Below, piece after piece: positions 23,960-37,318 of a stretch of 64,000 nt of DNA (its first letter is position 1; every line of letters starts with the position of its first letter). The stretch covers positions 106,890,001 through 106,954,000 of the forward strand of contig NW_024704743.1 in the NCBI RefSeq assembly GCF_018977255.1, in the 5' to 3' direction. The notes beneath the pieces are model-generated. The model did not search any database, was not told where the DNA came from, and was given only the letters and a program-made list of their open reading frames with translations. Source of the DNA: Callorhinchus milii. Its lineage: Eukaryota. The position numbers and the translations under genes are program-made.

Positions 23960-24443
23960 GAAAGATATCAGTATGGCTCACTTGGCAGCATTCTTGCCTA
24001 TAAATCTGAAGGTTGTGGGTTTAAACCCCACATTGGGACCCGATTCTGAACCTGCATAGTCTAGACTGAAACCTGATGCAGTACTATGAGTTTGCTGCAA
24101 AATTGTAAAAGCCATTCTTTGGATGAGATATTAAACCTTCATAAGCCTGTTTGCTTCTTAAGGTGAATCTTAAAGACCCTATAGGGTTGTTCGAACAGAG
24201 AAGGGAGTTTCTCCTGGTGTTCTGGACAACAATCCCTCAGATAAAATTGCTTATTCACTTCATGGTTGTTTGTGGGACATTTGTGCGCATAGAAATGTGC
24301 AATAACTGTATTTTGTTGTCAATACAGCTGCATTTGACCTCAAAATGCGCAGTTATTACATATTGCAGTAAATTTTGTGAAGCACTTTGAGACATCCTCC
24401 CTATGTGGAAGGTACTATGTCAAATGCAAGGTTTATTATTATA
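23960..24443 (+). mobile_element. Old Deu-domain SINE, near full length
   Basis: atcagtatggctcacttggcagcattcttgcc...aggttgtgggtttaaacccca head; ggatgagatattaaacc; tail caaatgcaaggtttattatt. Confidence 0.85.
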
Positions 24444-27019
24444 AGGAGAGCAGCAAATTGCGTCCTCTGTATTCATGTGTAAGAGAACCATTTCTCCCAA
24501 ACCATTGTTCATTGTAAAAAAAGGACACATCTGTAATTAAACTCCTGTACAGTTCATTAAGTCTGCAATAATCATAAAATATGTCTGACTAGATGTGTTA
24601 ATGTTGCGTTGCCTCATGCAAACCTGGAGAGTCCACAAGTAACAACTTGGCAATTCCTATTTAATATTTCTTGAGCACGAAAAAGATTCTGGAGGATTCA
24701 CTATTATTAAAAACTCATAATTTACAAAATATTTTAATTTTGTCTAATGTTATCTCAACGTAAGATCCTCCGTTGCTGCTTTCACTTGCAACTGGGAGAT
24801 AGGGCAGTCTGGGCTGAATGCTTCAAATCAGCCACTGCATTTTGTAGTCAATTGCTTCTAACACTTGGGTTACATGTTCCTAAAATACTTTCCTTTGTTT
24901 TCCCTACCTGTGGCCCTGCTAATTTAATTTACTTTCCCTTCCTGCGCAACCTATACCAAGCCTTCATACCAATCTTATTTACATTGTTTAGCTCAATACC
25001 TTATGCTGCAATGCCTTGGAGCTCCACCCCATGTGCTAAACAAGGCATCATCACTACCTCCATACAGAGAAGTATCTGTTTTTTTTCAGACACAGAGAGG
25101 AAGTGTAATCCACCACCCATGGCCCAGTTTGGATTTTATTTTCTGTTTGCTGTTTGAACACTCAGCTCAATCCACTCGACCAGCAATGCAGCTTCCAAAT
25201 CACTGTCCCCCACAGACTTTCCCCAGAGATGGAGGAGGTCTGGGGCAGATAACCAAGGTCGCGTGGTTGCCTGCACAGCTTCTTTGTTGTGGCTGCTCTT
25301 GTCAAATCTGCCCCATAGTGCGAAGCGAGTCTGTATAACTGACAACCTTGGAGCTGCTTCTAGTTGAAGTGATATATATGTGCCATTGCTTGAGAGCTAA
25401 TGAAATTTGCCTGTTGAAGGGCACTAAGTCAAATCGTAGTGAGATCCATGTGTCTGAGAGCCTGCTATCCTCAGCTCCACAAGAGCAACCAGGACAACCC
25501 TGAAAATTACATTGAAACCTTCTGTTGGAAATTTTTTTAAAAAATCTGGTGTTTTTTTTTCTCTATCGACTCCAGGTTTTCTCTCAATCATAACAATAAC
25601 CTTCACATTTAGGGCCTTTCACGTCAGAACGACATCACTTAGCACTTCACAGGACGTGTGTCACTTCACAGTGACGTGTAGTGACTGTTTTTGTGGTGGA
25701 TAACTTCTGCATGGACACATAATTTTAATTTAAATTATACACTGTCAGCACTGCGCATTCCCTTTTTTTTGAAAGTTGCCTCAGGGAAGGTGACACAGAC
25801 TGTTGAGAGGCTGTGCGGGAGAAGAGGATTAGACTGTGACATTCTTGTTCTGGGTTGAATCCAAGCTAGATGGGAAGCAGTGAAAGTCTCCTTAAGGGAG
25901 TGAGTTTGCGTGGTGGTTTGATCCCTGGCCCGGGCTGTGATTCCTGATCTTGGGAGAGGGCACTGACAATTGGAGTGAAGTGAGGGAGAGGGAAACGCGA
26001 GGCAGAGAAAAACATGAACTCCTTCTCCCGAGAGGGACCAGCTGTAGCTGTGGCTGGGAAGTGGCTCTGCCTGGGTGTTGGGTGAGGACAGAATTATTCT
26101 CCGCTCTGCATTTGCCCCTCCTCCTGACATTCGGACATTATTGTTCGAGGTTGGGCATTAACGAGCACTTAGTGGAGGTATTGATGGTCTGTCAGTGCCA
26201 AGGAACATACGCCAAGAACAGTCAGTACCCTCGGTGAGTTAAGAAGATGGGTAAATGTGTTTTTATATTTTAACCAAGGGTGAAAATGTGATGTTTCATA
26301 ACATTCAATAATAATTATCACATCGAGTCTGTTACATGTTGGAAATGTTGACTGTTTTCAGGAGTGAACACCAATCCCAACAATAGTGTATCCTATTGCC
26401 TATCAGAAAGGCTGCCATGCCTCTCTTAACTCTGTTCTAAACCTTGCTCGTGGTGACCAAGAGATTGTTTTATGCCTCTCAGAATAGAGTGCCTAGCCTC
26501 TGTTTTGCAAGCTCCCTCCAATTGACTAAAAACGTATTATAAGGTAAATTTGTGTTTCAGGTTTTGTTCTTTTAGTGACTTGGGTTGCCAAATCATTGAA
26601 ATGTCAGCACAGAAGCAAGTCATTTAGCCCTTGTACCTGTGCTGCTCTAGGTCCCCAATGGAGTTATCTATGTTTTTCCCATAACATTTTATTTCTTTGT
26701 TCTAACAATGTTCATCTAATTCCCTTTTGAATATGAAGGGTTTGGTGTCTTTAATTTGGCATACACGTTAAATGTTTCTGAGTAAATACCCTTTTTGAAC
26801 ATTTGCAATATAGACATATTGTGTTTTGATTCCATGCAATGTTGTATGTCAATTGCCTTCTAAGAATACAATGTTGGAATGTTTTTATTTATTTTATTGT
26901 AACTTTTCACAAGCCTGAAGTTTGGAACATGATAAATAATAATCCTGCCATTTGCTATACCACCTTTTGTGTCAGGAGGATGTCTCACAGGTCTTCACAG
27001 CAGTAGTTTAGAGTTGCAA

Positions 27020-27225
27020 AAAGGACAATTTGACGACAGGCACCAGGAAATTTTTCTTTACTCAGAGAGCAATTAATGATTGGCAGAAAGGGTAATTAAG
27101 GCAAGACACTGGGACTCCTTTAAAAATCAGCTTGATGCTGTGATGGCAGGACGGTAAGATGGATGTTCATGAAGGATGACGTCAGATAGGCCGAAAGGCC
27201 TTCTTTATCCAAACCTTTCTTGTAA
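27020..27225 (+). mobile_element. CR1 LINE 3' end fragment
   Basis: tttttctttactcagagagcaattaat (FFTQRAIN)...tttaaaaatcagcttgat, then 3'UTR hairpin-like ataggccgaaaggcct. Confidence 0.7.
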
Positions 27226-28854
27226 AATAGTGGTTATATTAAAGTCACTGTGCACAAGTTGGATATATTTTAGCATTAAAGGTAATTGTCACTGTTAACT
27301 GACAAACTGGTACAAGTATGAGTTTACAGATTCCAACAAGTATCTTTTGATTGATGTTGCACTTCCATATTGATGGAACGGAGAATAACATACCAAAATA
27401 TGACACTTGTTCTATATTGTATCACATCCTTGAATAGAAATCATATCAAGAATACTTTAAAACTTTTCACCTGACCAGAATTGACATCTGCTTTATTTCC
27501 CCTCCCCCTGTTCAGCTGTTACTAAACTGATTTAAGTATGTAACAACCGATCAATAATTGGATTAGGTTTCATGTTGGGAGCGGTTTACAGTTTACATTG
27601 AAATGGGACTTCCTTGCAAGTGGTGTAAAGTGAATGTCATAAAATTCTTATTGTGAATAGACTGAGGGATGATGGGCAATGTAACTGATACTATAACTAA
27701 CATCATTGCAAAAGTCTTAATATCTGTAGCAAAAGTATTAAAGGTGGATTCAGATGGTATTACAGTAATGGAAACTGACATGAGAAAGTTATTGGCCTAA
27801 GGTGTAAGGCAAAGTCTGTCCTGTATGGAGTAGGACGCTGCATTTGCCAGTGTTAAGAACTTGCTGTTCAGAGGATATGAAATTAAGGATTTGCAGCAGC
27901 AATGTGCTCCGTAATATTCTGCCTTTTGGTGACAAGGATCTTGAGGAGGTATTTTAGAATCGTTCCTGAGCTAAAAGAAGGCCTGAAGAGTGAGTCTGTT
28001 TTGCTGTTAATCTATAGCATGCCATGTAACCTATCTTTCCTAATGCTTCACAAGGTGAACTCAAGAATAGTTCAGCATTGAGCTCTGATGATACATAACA
28101 TGCAAAAAACACTTCTACTTTTTTCAAGTATAATGGTCCAATTAAGGCTTAAATTAAAATCGCTGTGCATAAATTAGCTATATTTTTAGCTTTAAAAGAG
28201 ATTGTCACTGTTAATTATCAAAATGTTAAAGAAATCTGTAATTTATGGATGGTTTAAGAAAAATGGGTTGCTGACAGAATGAAATTCAAAGTAGTTTGAA
28301 GCCAGTGTTTGTGTTTGCATGCTTCAGAATTACTAAATAGCTTGGTCCTTGTGTGCTTTAATTCCCACAAAGCATTTTTCAATGTCATGGTTGTCAGACC
28401 TTCCAAATCAAGAGTGGGATTAAAGTTCCTCTGTGATAATAAGCACCGATTGATAATGAGCTGTGTGTTTCAATGTTTTATTGAAAATGGGAGGCACAAA
28501 TGATTCTGCTTGTTAACAAAAGGATAGGAGCAGTAATTGTAAAAGGACAGGGAAATGTCACAATAGCAGTAGTTACAGAAGCAATGGAAGCGATGCTCCT
28601 ACTGTTTGTCCAGACAAGTTTAAAATATGTAATGTTATTTAAATACTGTATTATTTATATCAGCTGTCGATACCAAACTTCTACATTACTTTTAATTTGG
28701 GTTTTTATTTCACTTTGTAGCTGCTTTTTGGGAGTAGGGCACTAAAACACCATCTGCTGGTGAGTGCAGGGTCAGATGTGATGGGACTGACTGTTCTGCT
28801 GGGAAATACTTCCACCTTCCTGGCGGTCGCATGCACATATGTCCCAAACTACCT

Positions 28855-29500
28855 ATGTACTATATCCTATAATGTTATTTCCTAAAGAAACTATCTAATC
28901 TGTGTTTGAAAGAATCAACACTTCCTGCGTCAACCATCTCCATAGGGAACCTGTTCCACAGGTTCATGTGGATCATGTCGCCTCTCAATCTTTCTTTTAA
29001 CAGCATGAACATTTTCCCAGTCTGATGACATTCCCTGTACCACCACACTCTTGGTTCTTTCAGTCAACCAATTGTGCATCCATTGTAATATACCTCCACT
29101 GATTCCCGCTTTCTTTACTTTCAGTACCAGCCTCTCAAGAGGAACTGTATCAAAGGCCTTACTGAAATCGAGAAATGCAACATCCACAGCCTTACTCTCA
29201 TCAAGCTCCCTTGTTACACTGTCAAAGAAAACCAGTAAATTCGATTGGCGGACCGTCCCTTCATGAACCCATATTGGCTATCATTTATGGTTTTATTTCT
29301 GTCCAGATGCTCAATGATTTTATCCGTGAGCACCTGGACAGAAATAAGAGTCTCCATAATTCTATCCACAATGGACATCAAACTTACTGGTTTGTGGTTT
29401 CCTGGGTCACTTTTATTACCTTTCTTAAAAATAGGAGTAACATCTGCCTTTCTCCAGTCCCCCGACACCTCTCCAGCATTCAGTGATGCTGAATACTGAA
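28855..29500 (-). mobile_element. CR1 LINE RT fragment with frameshifts and an internal deletion joining RT to the 3' end
   Basis: Translations GDWRKADVTPIFKKGNKSDPGNHKPVSLMSI, SQYGFMKGRS, DVAFLDFSKAFDTVP; 28855-28970 gives NLWNRFP...VDAGSVDSFKHRLD. Confidence 0.92.
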
Positions 29501-29893
29501 ACCTATTTATTTTGTATTGATACTGTGATATCTGTCCATCTGTCAAAACCCTGGACATTTGTGCACATATTTTCACCCATCCACTTCTGCACCGAGGGAC
29601 TATAAATCCCTCCACACGTGTGCATTGCCATAGTCTCGCATCTGGTTTCCTGCTGTCATGACTTGCAAGATGCAAGTTATGTGGCTGCTGTAGTCAATAA
29701 AACCTTTACTTCCTTTCCCCATTCCCTGCTCGTCATCATCAGATTCTAGTCTGATGGATTTCAGGAAGCAATCTTTTAAGGAGAAAAAAAGTTTTTGTAA
29801 CCTGTCTCTTGAATTTATATGTACACCTTCAATGTAAACTTTTAATTTAAATTTGTTACAGTGAAATTGATCTATTCGGATTTCCTCACTCGG

Positions 29894-30211
29894 TAATAAT
29901 AATAATAATCCTTGCATTTGATATAGCGCTTTTCATGTCTTCTAGACGTCCCAATGCGCTTCACAGAATATACTGTAAAGTGAATTGACTATATAATTGT
30001 GGGCAAACGCGGCAGCCAATTGCGCACAGCAATGTCCCACAAACAGTCATGGATTGAAAATGACCAATTTATTATTGTGTTGTTTTTTTGGAGGGATTAT
30101 TATTAGGCGTGTGGAGTAAGGAAACTTGCCTAAGGTTTCGTCCTGCCTGGAATTGAACTCAGGTCTCTTACGTGCAAAGCGAGTGCTCTAACCACTGAGC
30201 TGCAGGACTCC
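29894..30211 (-). mobile_element. Full-length young tRNA-derived SINE
   Basis: Colinear and highly similar to 12157-12475. Confidence 0.93.
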
Positions 30212-31959
30212 AAAATGCACCCCAACACCTGTGATGTGTTAGTTATCACATTGTTAATAAATGTGAAGCCATTCGGTAAGTGAAGACAATTACACAGCTT
30301 CGGGCCCAGCCATTGCTTCGGGTCTGTGGTGAGGGTGAGGATGTCGTACCCACAGTCAATCATCTTCAGTTATTGCCTGGCCTCAGTAACAGCAGTGATC
30401 TATATTATCACAGGCAATAATTAACACATATGACAGTTTGCACCATACTCTGGGCAAGGGCTAGTGAACAGCGCCTTTACTGGTCAAAAGTGTTGAATGA
30501 ACGAACACCTTGCTCTGAGAACAGGTATAAACTAGATGGGCCGATGGTCTCTAAATGGGCTCCTTCTGTGCCTTACATTTCTGTGATTCTATGATTGAAT
30601 CAGGTGTTTGGGGGGAATCAGGGACGAGTGGTTCTGGGAAGAATGAGTAGCAATCTCGTTCCCTCTCTCTCACCTCTGTTCCACAAGTAATTTGAGTTTA
30701 TCCATTTCCTAAGGGCATGTTGATCCTGATGTTCTCATTATTAGTGTAGAGTAGCAATGAGAACTGCAAATAATTCATGGGTTCTAATAGATTTCAGGAA
30801 TAGTTTAAATTGCCATAGTTGCATTTTTGTATTGAGCTCTAACACAATTGCTCTCTTTGCTGTGTTATTTCATCAAGTTTAATTTTGCTGTTTGATAAAT
30901 CTATCTTATATTCGGACCGTGACCCCCTTTGGGGTATGGCTAATGAACATGGCTGTGAAGGGAGTGACAAATTGTTTCACGTTCACCATGGCTATCCTAG
31001 ACCTTAAGGCATGGCTTTGAGTTTTCAAGCTACTAATTCCAATGTATCTGTGTGTGTGTAAAAGAGAATGCAGGTAACTTACGGATGTTTGGCGAATCGT
31101 GGACAAGGGTTCCGCTGTAACAGTCGAGTGAGTCAGAGCAGGCCATTCCCAATTGCTCTTGCTATAGGACTGACGAGAACTTATGTATAGAAATCAGCTA
31201 ATTGATGTTAGTTTTTAATACTCTTTAATAACCACAAAATGGCCTCGACTCTCGGCCACAGTATCGCTTTGCCTTTCATATACACAAATCGAATACATTC
31301 AGATGGGACTTGTGAGCGCTTTAGCTACCAAAGTTTTTCCAGCCTTAACCTCATGCTTGGGTCTATGAATCAGACCTCTAGTGTATTGATGCAAGAGGCA
31401 AATGGTTTTCCAGACTGTTATGTTCCAAGGCTGAGTCAAACTACATGGTGGACTGCTGCACAAGAGTATGATTCATTCACACGGTTGAAATCCTAGAGCT
31501 TAGTTTTAGAAACAAACTTACTTGCCTTGGAAAGTATTGCACAACTACCTCCATCCTGTTCCAGGACTCAAGTAATACATGGCCTTGATTGTAATATGAG
31601 GGAAGATCCTATATATGTTCCCTGTAGATATTCCTTCTGTGCAACTTATGGGGGTCAGCACCTTGGGGATATCCTCCCGACTTGAAAGGCACTATACAAA
31701 TGTAATATTGTTGTTGTTATCGCAGAGATCATGAGGAACAGAAAGTGAGATTTGCATAGACTGATACTTTCAAAACCACATCTTTGAGCATTTCCTAATG
31801 ACGCATTACTTTCCTCTTGAGAGTGAAGTATCTGTTCGGAGTTGTAATGTGAAAAGCATTGTAGTGTTCAACCTTGAGAATGAATCATGCTCTTGTCCAG
31901 CAGGTCTGCCATGCAGTTTGACTCAACTTTGGAACATAAGTGTGGAAAGCTTTTGGGGA

Positions 31960-32250
31960 CTTTGAGCTCACAGTCTAGGCTGCCTGGCAGTACTGGATGA
32001 GGCCCCATCTGCCTATTCAGGTGGACATTAAAGATCTCATGGCATAATTTGAGAAAAATTAAGTCTCTTCCAGTGTCCTAGCCAACAATCCGCCAGATTT
32101 ATTCACTTAATGGTTGTTTGTGGGACATTGCTGCACACAAAATTAGTTGTCGTGTTTGCTTACAAATACACAGTCACTACGTTTTACGTTGTGAAGCCCT
32201 TCGATATGTTTTGATGACTTGGTAAGATTCTATATCAAATGCAAGGATTG
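31960..32250 (+). mobile_element. Old Deu-domain SINE fragment
   Basis: ggatgaggccccatctgcctattcaggtggacattaaagatc...gtgggacattgctgcacac...caaatgcaaggattg. Confidence 0.8.
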
Positions 32251-33559
32251 TGTTGTCAGAAAACATAAGCCAATGGCGGATTTATTTTGTACTGATATTT
32301 CACCTAACTTATTATGCCCCTATTTTCTCTCATTGCTTTGACCTGAAAAATACAGATCATAAAAATCCCTTGTGGGTGAAAAAAACGTGAATGATTCTTA
32401 AAGGATAAGGATAGCTGACAACTATTAACCTTACCAAATCTCAAATCTTTCAATATAAATAATGTGTTGCCTACAGCAAAAATTGAGCTTCTCTTTCACA
32501 TGTGAGCAATTTTGCATAGACTTCGTGCACACCACCAGGGTAGTTTGATTGTAAATAAAAGGCAACATAATGTCCTAGCAGGCACCAATTGCTTTGATGT
32601 TTTCCTGTATTTTGTTATGAAAAGAAAAGCATTACATTTTATTTCAGTGGCAGTTTGTCACATCAGATGAGCGCTTTGATTTAGTGGTCAAAAGAATAGA
32701 CTCCAGTGAAGGTGATGTTGATAGACAATGGAGCCACGTTCAGTATTGTTTCTCTGCATTTATGCAGACCGCACAAAGAGGATACATTAAAATAAATTAA
32801 TGGGAGTGGGATTGCTAAATGAGAGTGAATTTGATTTGCTTTTAAATGTAGTTCGGAAAAGATTGGATTTTAACACAGTGTATGGTTTCTGATCGAAAGA
32901 CCAAAAAGAGTATAGAAAATCACTATGGTTTTAAAACCAACTGCTCCAAGTACTGTAATCCATAAAGTAATGATTTTTCTTATAGTGATCTAGATCTCTC
33001 TTCTTCGCATACTGTTTTTCCATTTACAGAGAGAAAGAGAGCGCAATAGATAATAGAGAGACAGTGTGAGAGAGATATGCAGGCATATTAATCTTGGCCA
33101 CAAATGGAAAAAATATTGTGAATAAATTGAGTTGTGACCAAGAAATGTTGACTTATGTTTTGCTGATAATAGTAGATCTGAATTTACTGGATGAGACTGT
33201 ATGAGTCTTGAGCCAATTCAAAGGTGTGTCTATTCTTTCTGGTGTATAATGGCAGCCTGCCTTTGTGTAACCTCGCCTACCAGCAGCTGCTTTTTAATCA
33301 ATTCCTTACCTGATGCGCTGTTCTCATTCAGCACAATAAGCTTCAATTAAAAAAGATGGGAAAATCAGTAAGCAAAACACAGTACATTCCATAGATTTAT
33401 TGTGGGTACCTGCAGATTTCTTTTCACTTAACAACAATCTTTGCGTTTGATGTAGCGCCTTTCATGTCAGGAGGACAGCCCAAAGTGCTTCACTGAATTT
33501 GCTGTAAATTGCAGTGATTCTGTATTTGGTAGATGAATGCCTACTTCAGTTTAGGTTCA

Positions 33560-34250
33560 CAAGAAAAGTACTTGGAATTAAACCAATGTAGTTGTTCTTT
33601 CTAGCATTAGGATCAATGCTCTCTTTAGTATCCCTCGCAAGGCGTGGGTTTGCCTGTTCTCTTGAATTGTGAAGTAGTGTACGCAGTACTTCAGGGTGCG
33701 ACAAGATGACTGTACAGTTTGGACGTGACTTCTGAGCATGTGAACACAAATGATTGGGCAATGTAGCCCAACATGATTTTGCATTGCTCATTGCTGCATC
33801 ACACTGTCTCGACAGAGCGAGCAATGGGTCAGCTGACATCCCTGGGGCTATTATTCTTTATCAAGTTCTATCTCCTCCATGGAGTGCCTGTGTCACCTAT
33901 TTTTACTTCCTATTACAAGTGCCGTGTATTGATCAGTAAAGAATTTCATTTTCTATTGACGTGGCCTGTGCCCCAGCCCAGGTGCACCACTTTGTAAGAT
34001 CTTGGCTGCCTCCTCATATTTCCCGCCTCTCCCCCCCCCTCCTGCTACCCTCCAACTTGGTGCCACCTGCAAATATAGCTGCCTTTCACTGAATCTGTGA
34101 ATGCGGATCATTTGTATTTAATAACAAGTGGAAGCATCCCATCTCAAACCTGTAACGTACTCAACTCAATGCTTCCCTCAATTTGAGCTAGCTACCCTGA
34201 TTCTATTGTCTGCTTCCTTCCCTTAAGACACTTACTAATCCACTGCACAT
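33560..34250 (-). mobile_element. Highly degenerate CR1 ORF2 fragment
   Basis: Minus-strand translations LSRQCDAAMSNAK, TLKYCVHYF resemble CR1 motifs (SQQCxxAxKKAN, LEYCVQFW); upstream atttgcaggtggcaccaagttggagg resembles FADDTKLGG. Confidence 0.7.
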
Positions 34251-34254
34251 CTTA

Positions 34255-34658
34255 ATAATTATTCGTACATTTGAAATGGTGCCTTATTTTGTCAAACTAC
34301 TTCACAGGATTTACTGTAAAGTGTAGTGACCGTGTATTTGTAAGAGACTATAACAGCCATTTTGCATAGTAATTTCACATTTTAAAAAGCCATAAAGTGA
34401 ATGACCAATTTTATCTGGGGATTGTCAGCCGGAACACTAGGAGAAACTCCCTACTCTATTCAAATAGTGCAATGGGATCATTAATGTCCTGAACAGGGAG
34501 AAAGGGCCTGGGGTTAATATTTCACCCGAATGACAGCACTTCTGACAATGCAGTGCTCCACTGGCACTGCCCAAGAGCTGAAAGTTTCAATGTGGAGCTG
34601 TGAACCTACACCCTTCTGATTCAGAGGCAAGAGTGCTACCAACTAAGCCAGGCTGACA
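34255..34658 (-). mobile_element. Old Deu-domain SINE, near full length, splitting a CR1 relic
   Basis: Minus head gtcagcctggcttagttggtagcactcttgcctctgaatcagaagg; CR1-like sequence on both sides. Confidence 0.8.
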
Positions 34659-34689
34659 GCCAAGAAGCTTTTATACCCACTATCATTGT

Positions 34690-35060
34690 AAAGGGGTATC
34701 TCAAGTAGTACTTTTGCACAGATCTTCTGGAAGTCAGGTGCATTGGCTTCTTCCCACTGTCAAATTGAGTTGTCACTTCCAAAAACTCAGGAAAATGGTC
34801 AGGCAAGGACTACCACTTCTGAAGCTTTCATTTGTTAGATTATTTTAATGTAGTAATTTTTCATTTTGCTTGTAATGATTTATTCATCTGTTTTCTAATT
34901 ATTGAGGTCAGGCTGATGAATCTGCAGTTACCAGGTATGGCTCAGTCACTTTTCTTGAATACTGGAACCACATTTACTTACTTCCAAGCCTATCAGAACC
35001 TCTGCAGTGTTAATTGCCTCCCTCAAAATAATCCACCAGCATTTCCAAATTCTCCTCCCT
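34690..35060 (-). mobile_element. Degenerate CR1 RT 5' fragment
   Basis: Minus strand gtaaatgtggttccagtattcaagaaaagtgac...cctggtaactgcagattcatcagcctgacctca (NVVPVFKK...PGNxRxISLTS). Confidence 0.75.
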
Positions 35061-35654
35061 GATCTTTATAATTAAAACGAGATAGGCCTTGGGCCAGAGT
35101 CTATTTAACTCCTGTAAATGTATGCACAACTGCAAACCCAGCATTATTGCAGCATATTTCTATTTAATTAGAAATACACCTTGCTGTTTTTTTCTCCTGA
35201 TCAGTAATTGCATGGGAACATAAACATAGCGAATACACGGGTGTTTATCTGCAGTGGGGGAGTTGTTTTTTATTTGTATATAGAATCTTTATTGCTGCAG
35301 TTTTTTTTCCCTTGATCCCAGCAGAAGCTTGGCATTTAATAGAGGGTTAGAAACTTGAGTTTTTGTCAAGTCACTGCTGCTGTGAAATAATGACTCCACT
35401 GTAGTCACCTATTGCTCTTGATGTATCTTGGATTGAAATAGACTTTTTTCTCTGTGTCCTTTACTGGAAGAGCATTACGGTTATCGGTTATTAAAGATTT
35501 TAGCATTGCTTTATTTTAATGTACCATTTATTCACCAAGTTGACATTGCATTGATGTTTCAATAGTAGTTTACTTGAAATTTACTTACCCTATAATCCTG
35601 CTTTACTGTAAATTACTGTGTTTATTTTGGTAAATTTATGCAAAACCAGATGAA

Positions 35655-35885
35655 TTAATAATAATCCTTCATTTGATATAATGCCTTATCACTCAGTTGA
35701 GACGTCTCAAACTGCTTCACAGAATAAATTGTGAAGTGGATTGATTGTGTATTTTGTGGGTGAAATGAGGCAGCCAATTGTGCACAGCAGTGTTCCACAA
35801 ACAGGATTGAGTGACCAAATTATTTATTTATCTATTTATTTTTGCAGGGATTATTAACTTTGGGAAGTGATCCGCCAATCAATTG
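35655..35885 (-). mobile_element. SINE 3' half (long variant)
   Basis: Tail and body homology plus gaagtgatccgccaatc segment. Confidence 0.85.
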
Positions 35886-36266
35886 GCAAACAGTTACACC
35901 AGGAACTTGTTTAATGGAAGGTCTTGGCAGTATTACACTGATCTGCACTTGTAACCCTTCTAGTATATACTAGTTAAGTCATGTGCTGCTGCATCACTGC
36001 TTAGCCAAGTTCGTTCGCCATTTTTATGTTTGTCCATCGATCTGAACACGTTTCTTTTCGTCCAATGTTTAAAATGGAACATCTGCATTACATCTCACGC
36101 CCACAAAGGGGAAAAAAACATTTCATTTTTAAAGCCCAAGTTTTAGATATCTGCTTAAACAGTGAGGCCCAATGAGTAACTCAACAACAATTACTTTTTT
36201 ACGTGAATCACGCCCTTCATGTGGGATAATGTCTTGGAGCATTTCACAATGGTGAGATTGTACGCA

Positions 36267-36620
36267 GAGCAACAACAACAAAATTACATTTGCATAGCGT
36301 CTTTCTCGTTTGAAGACGTCCCAAGGCGCTGGACAGACAGAGTTCCGGACCCGAGCTGCGGATCGAGGTGGGGGAGGGCGGGGGGGGGGAAGCAGGGAGA
36401 TCGAAAGCACAGCCAAAGAGGAGGGTCTTGAGGTGGGTCGTGAAGGTGGGAAGGGAAGGGGCGAGACGGAGAGACTGGGATGGAGTTCCAGAGGGTGGGT
36501 GCAGAGTGGCGGAAGGCCCACCCGCCGATAGTGGGGTAAGTGAGGCAGGGGACTTGAAGCAGGCTGGAGCCTGCTGAGCGGTGGGAGCGAACAGCGTGGT
36601 AGGAGGTTAGGAGCCAGTGA
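36267..36620 (-). mobile_element. L2 3' end (3'UTR and (TTG)n tail)
   Basis: caacaacaacaaaattacatttgcatagcg...gacccgagctgcgg; homologous to 41140-41344. Confidence 0.9.
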
Positions 36621-36998
36621 GAATGAGACGGTGATTATCAGCTCAGTTGAGACACACCATGGAAAGATTTGCTGATACAGAATGTGTGAAGGTGTTGAAT
36701 TAACTTGCAGTTAAAATGATGCAATCTCAAGCCAATGACCGTATTATCAATGTTAGTTAGTTATTTACAAGCTGGAGTGCTGGCAGGAAATAAACAAAGA
36801 TGTTCAAGCAAAAGAATACTGATCACTAAGTTTTGACATTTTATTTCTACAATGGGAATTGGTGACGATATTTATTGGAGATTGTTATCTGCTTGTCAGT
36901 AAATTTGCTGACCTCGGCAGCATGTGTTTACAATGGCATCCAAAAAGTGTTACTCTAACAGAGCAACTACTGGCTGAACGGCCATGACATGATCATTA

Positions 36999-37318
36999 AA
37001 TAATAATAATAATAATCCTTGCATTTGATATAGCGCTTTTCACATCGGGAGGACGTCCCAAAGCGCTTCACAAAACACACTGTAAAGTGAATTGACTATT
37101 TTTTTGTGGGCGAACGTGGCAGCCAATTGCGCACAGCAATGTCCCACAAACAGTCGTAGATTGAAAATGAACAATTTATTATTGTTTTGTTTTTTTGGAG
37201 GGATTATTATTAGGCGTGTGGAATAAGGAAACTTGCCCAAGGTTTCGCCTTGCCTGGAATTGAACTCAGGTTTCTCACTTGCAAAGCGAGTGCTCTAACC
37301 ACTGAGCTACAGGACTCC
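36999..37318 (-). mobile_element. Full-length young tRNA-derived SINE
   Basis: Colinear and highly similar to 12157-12475. Confidence 0.93.

Noticed and set aside
28752..28770. Strong donor-like CTG|GTGAGT
   Set aside because: No convincing upstream acceptor defining an exon.
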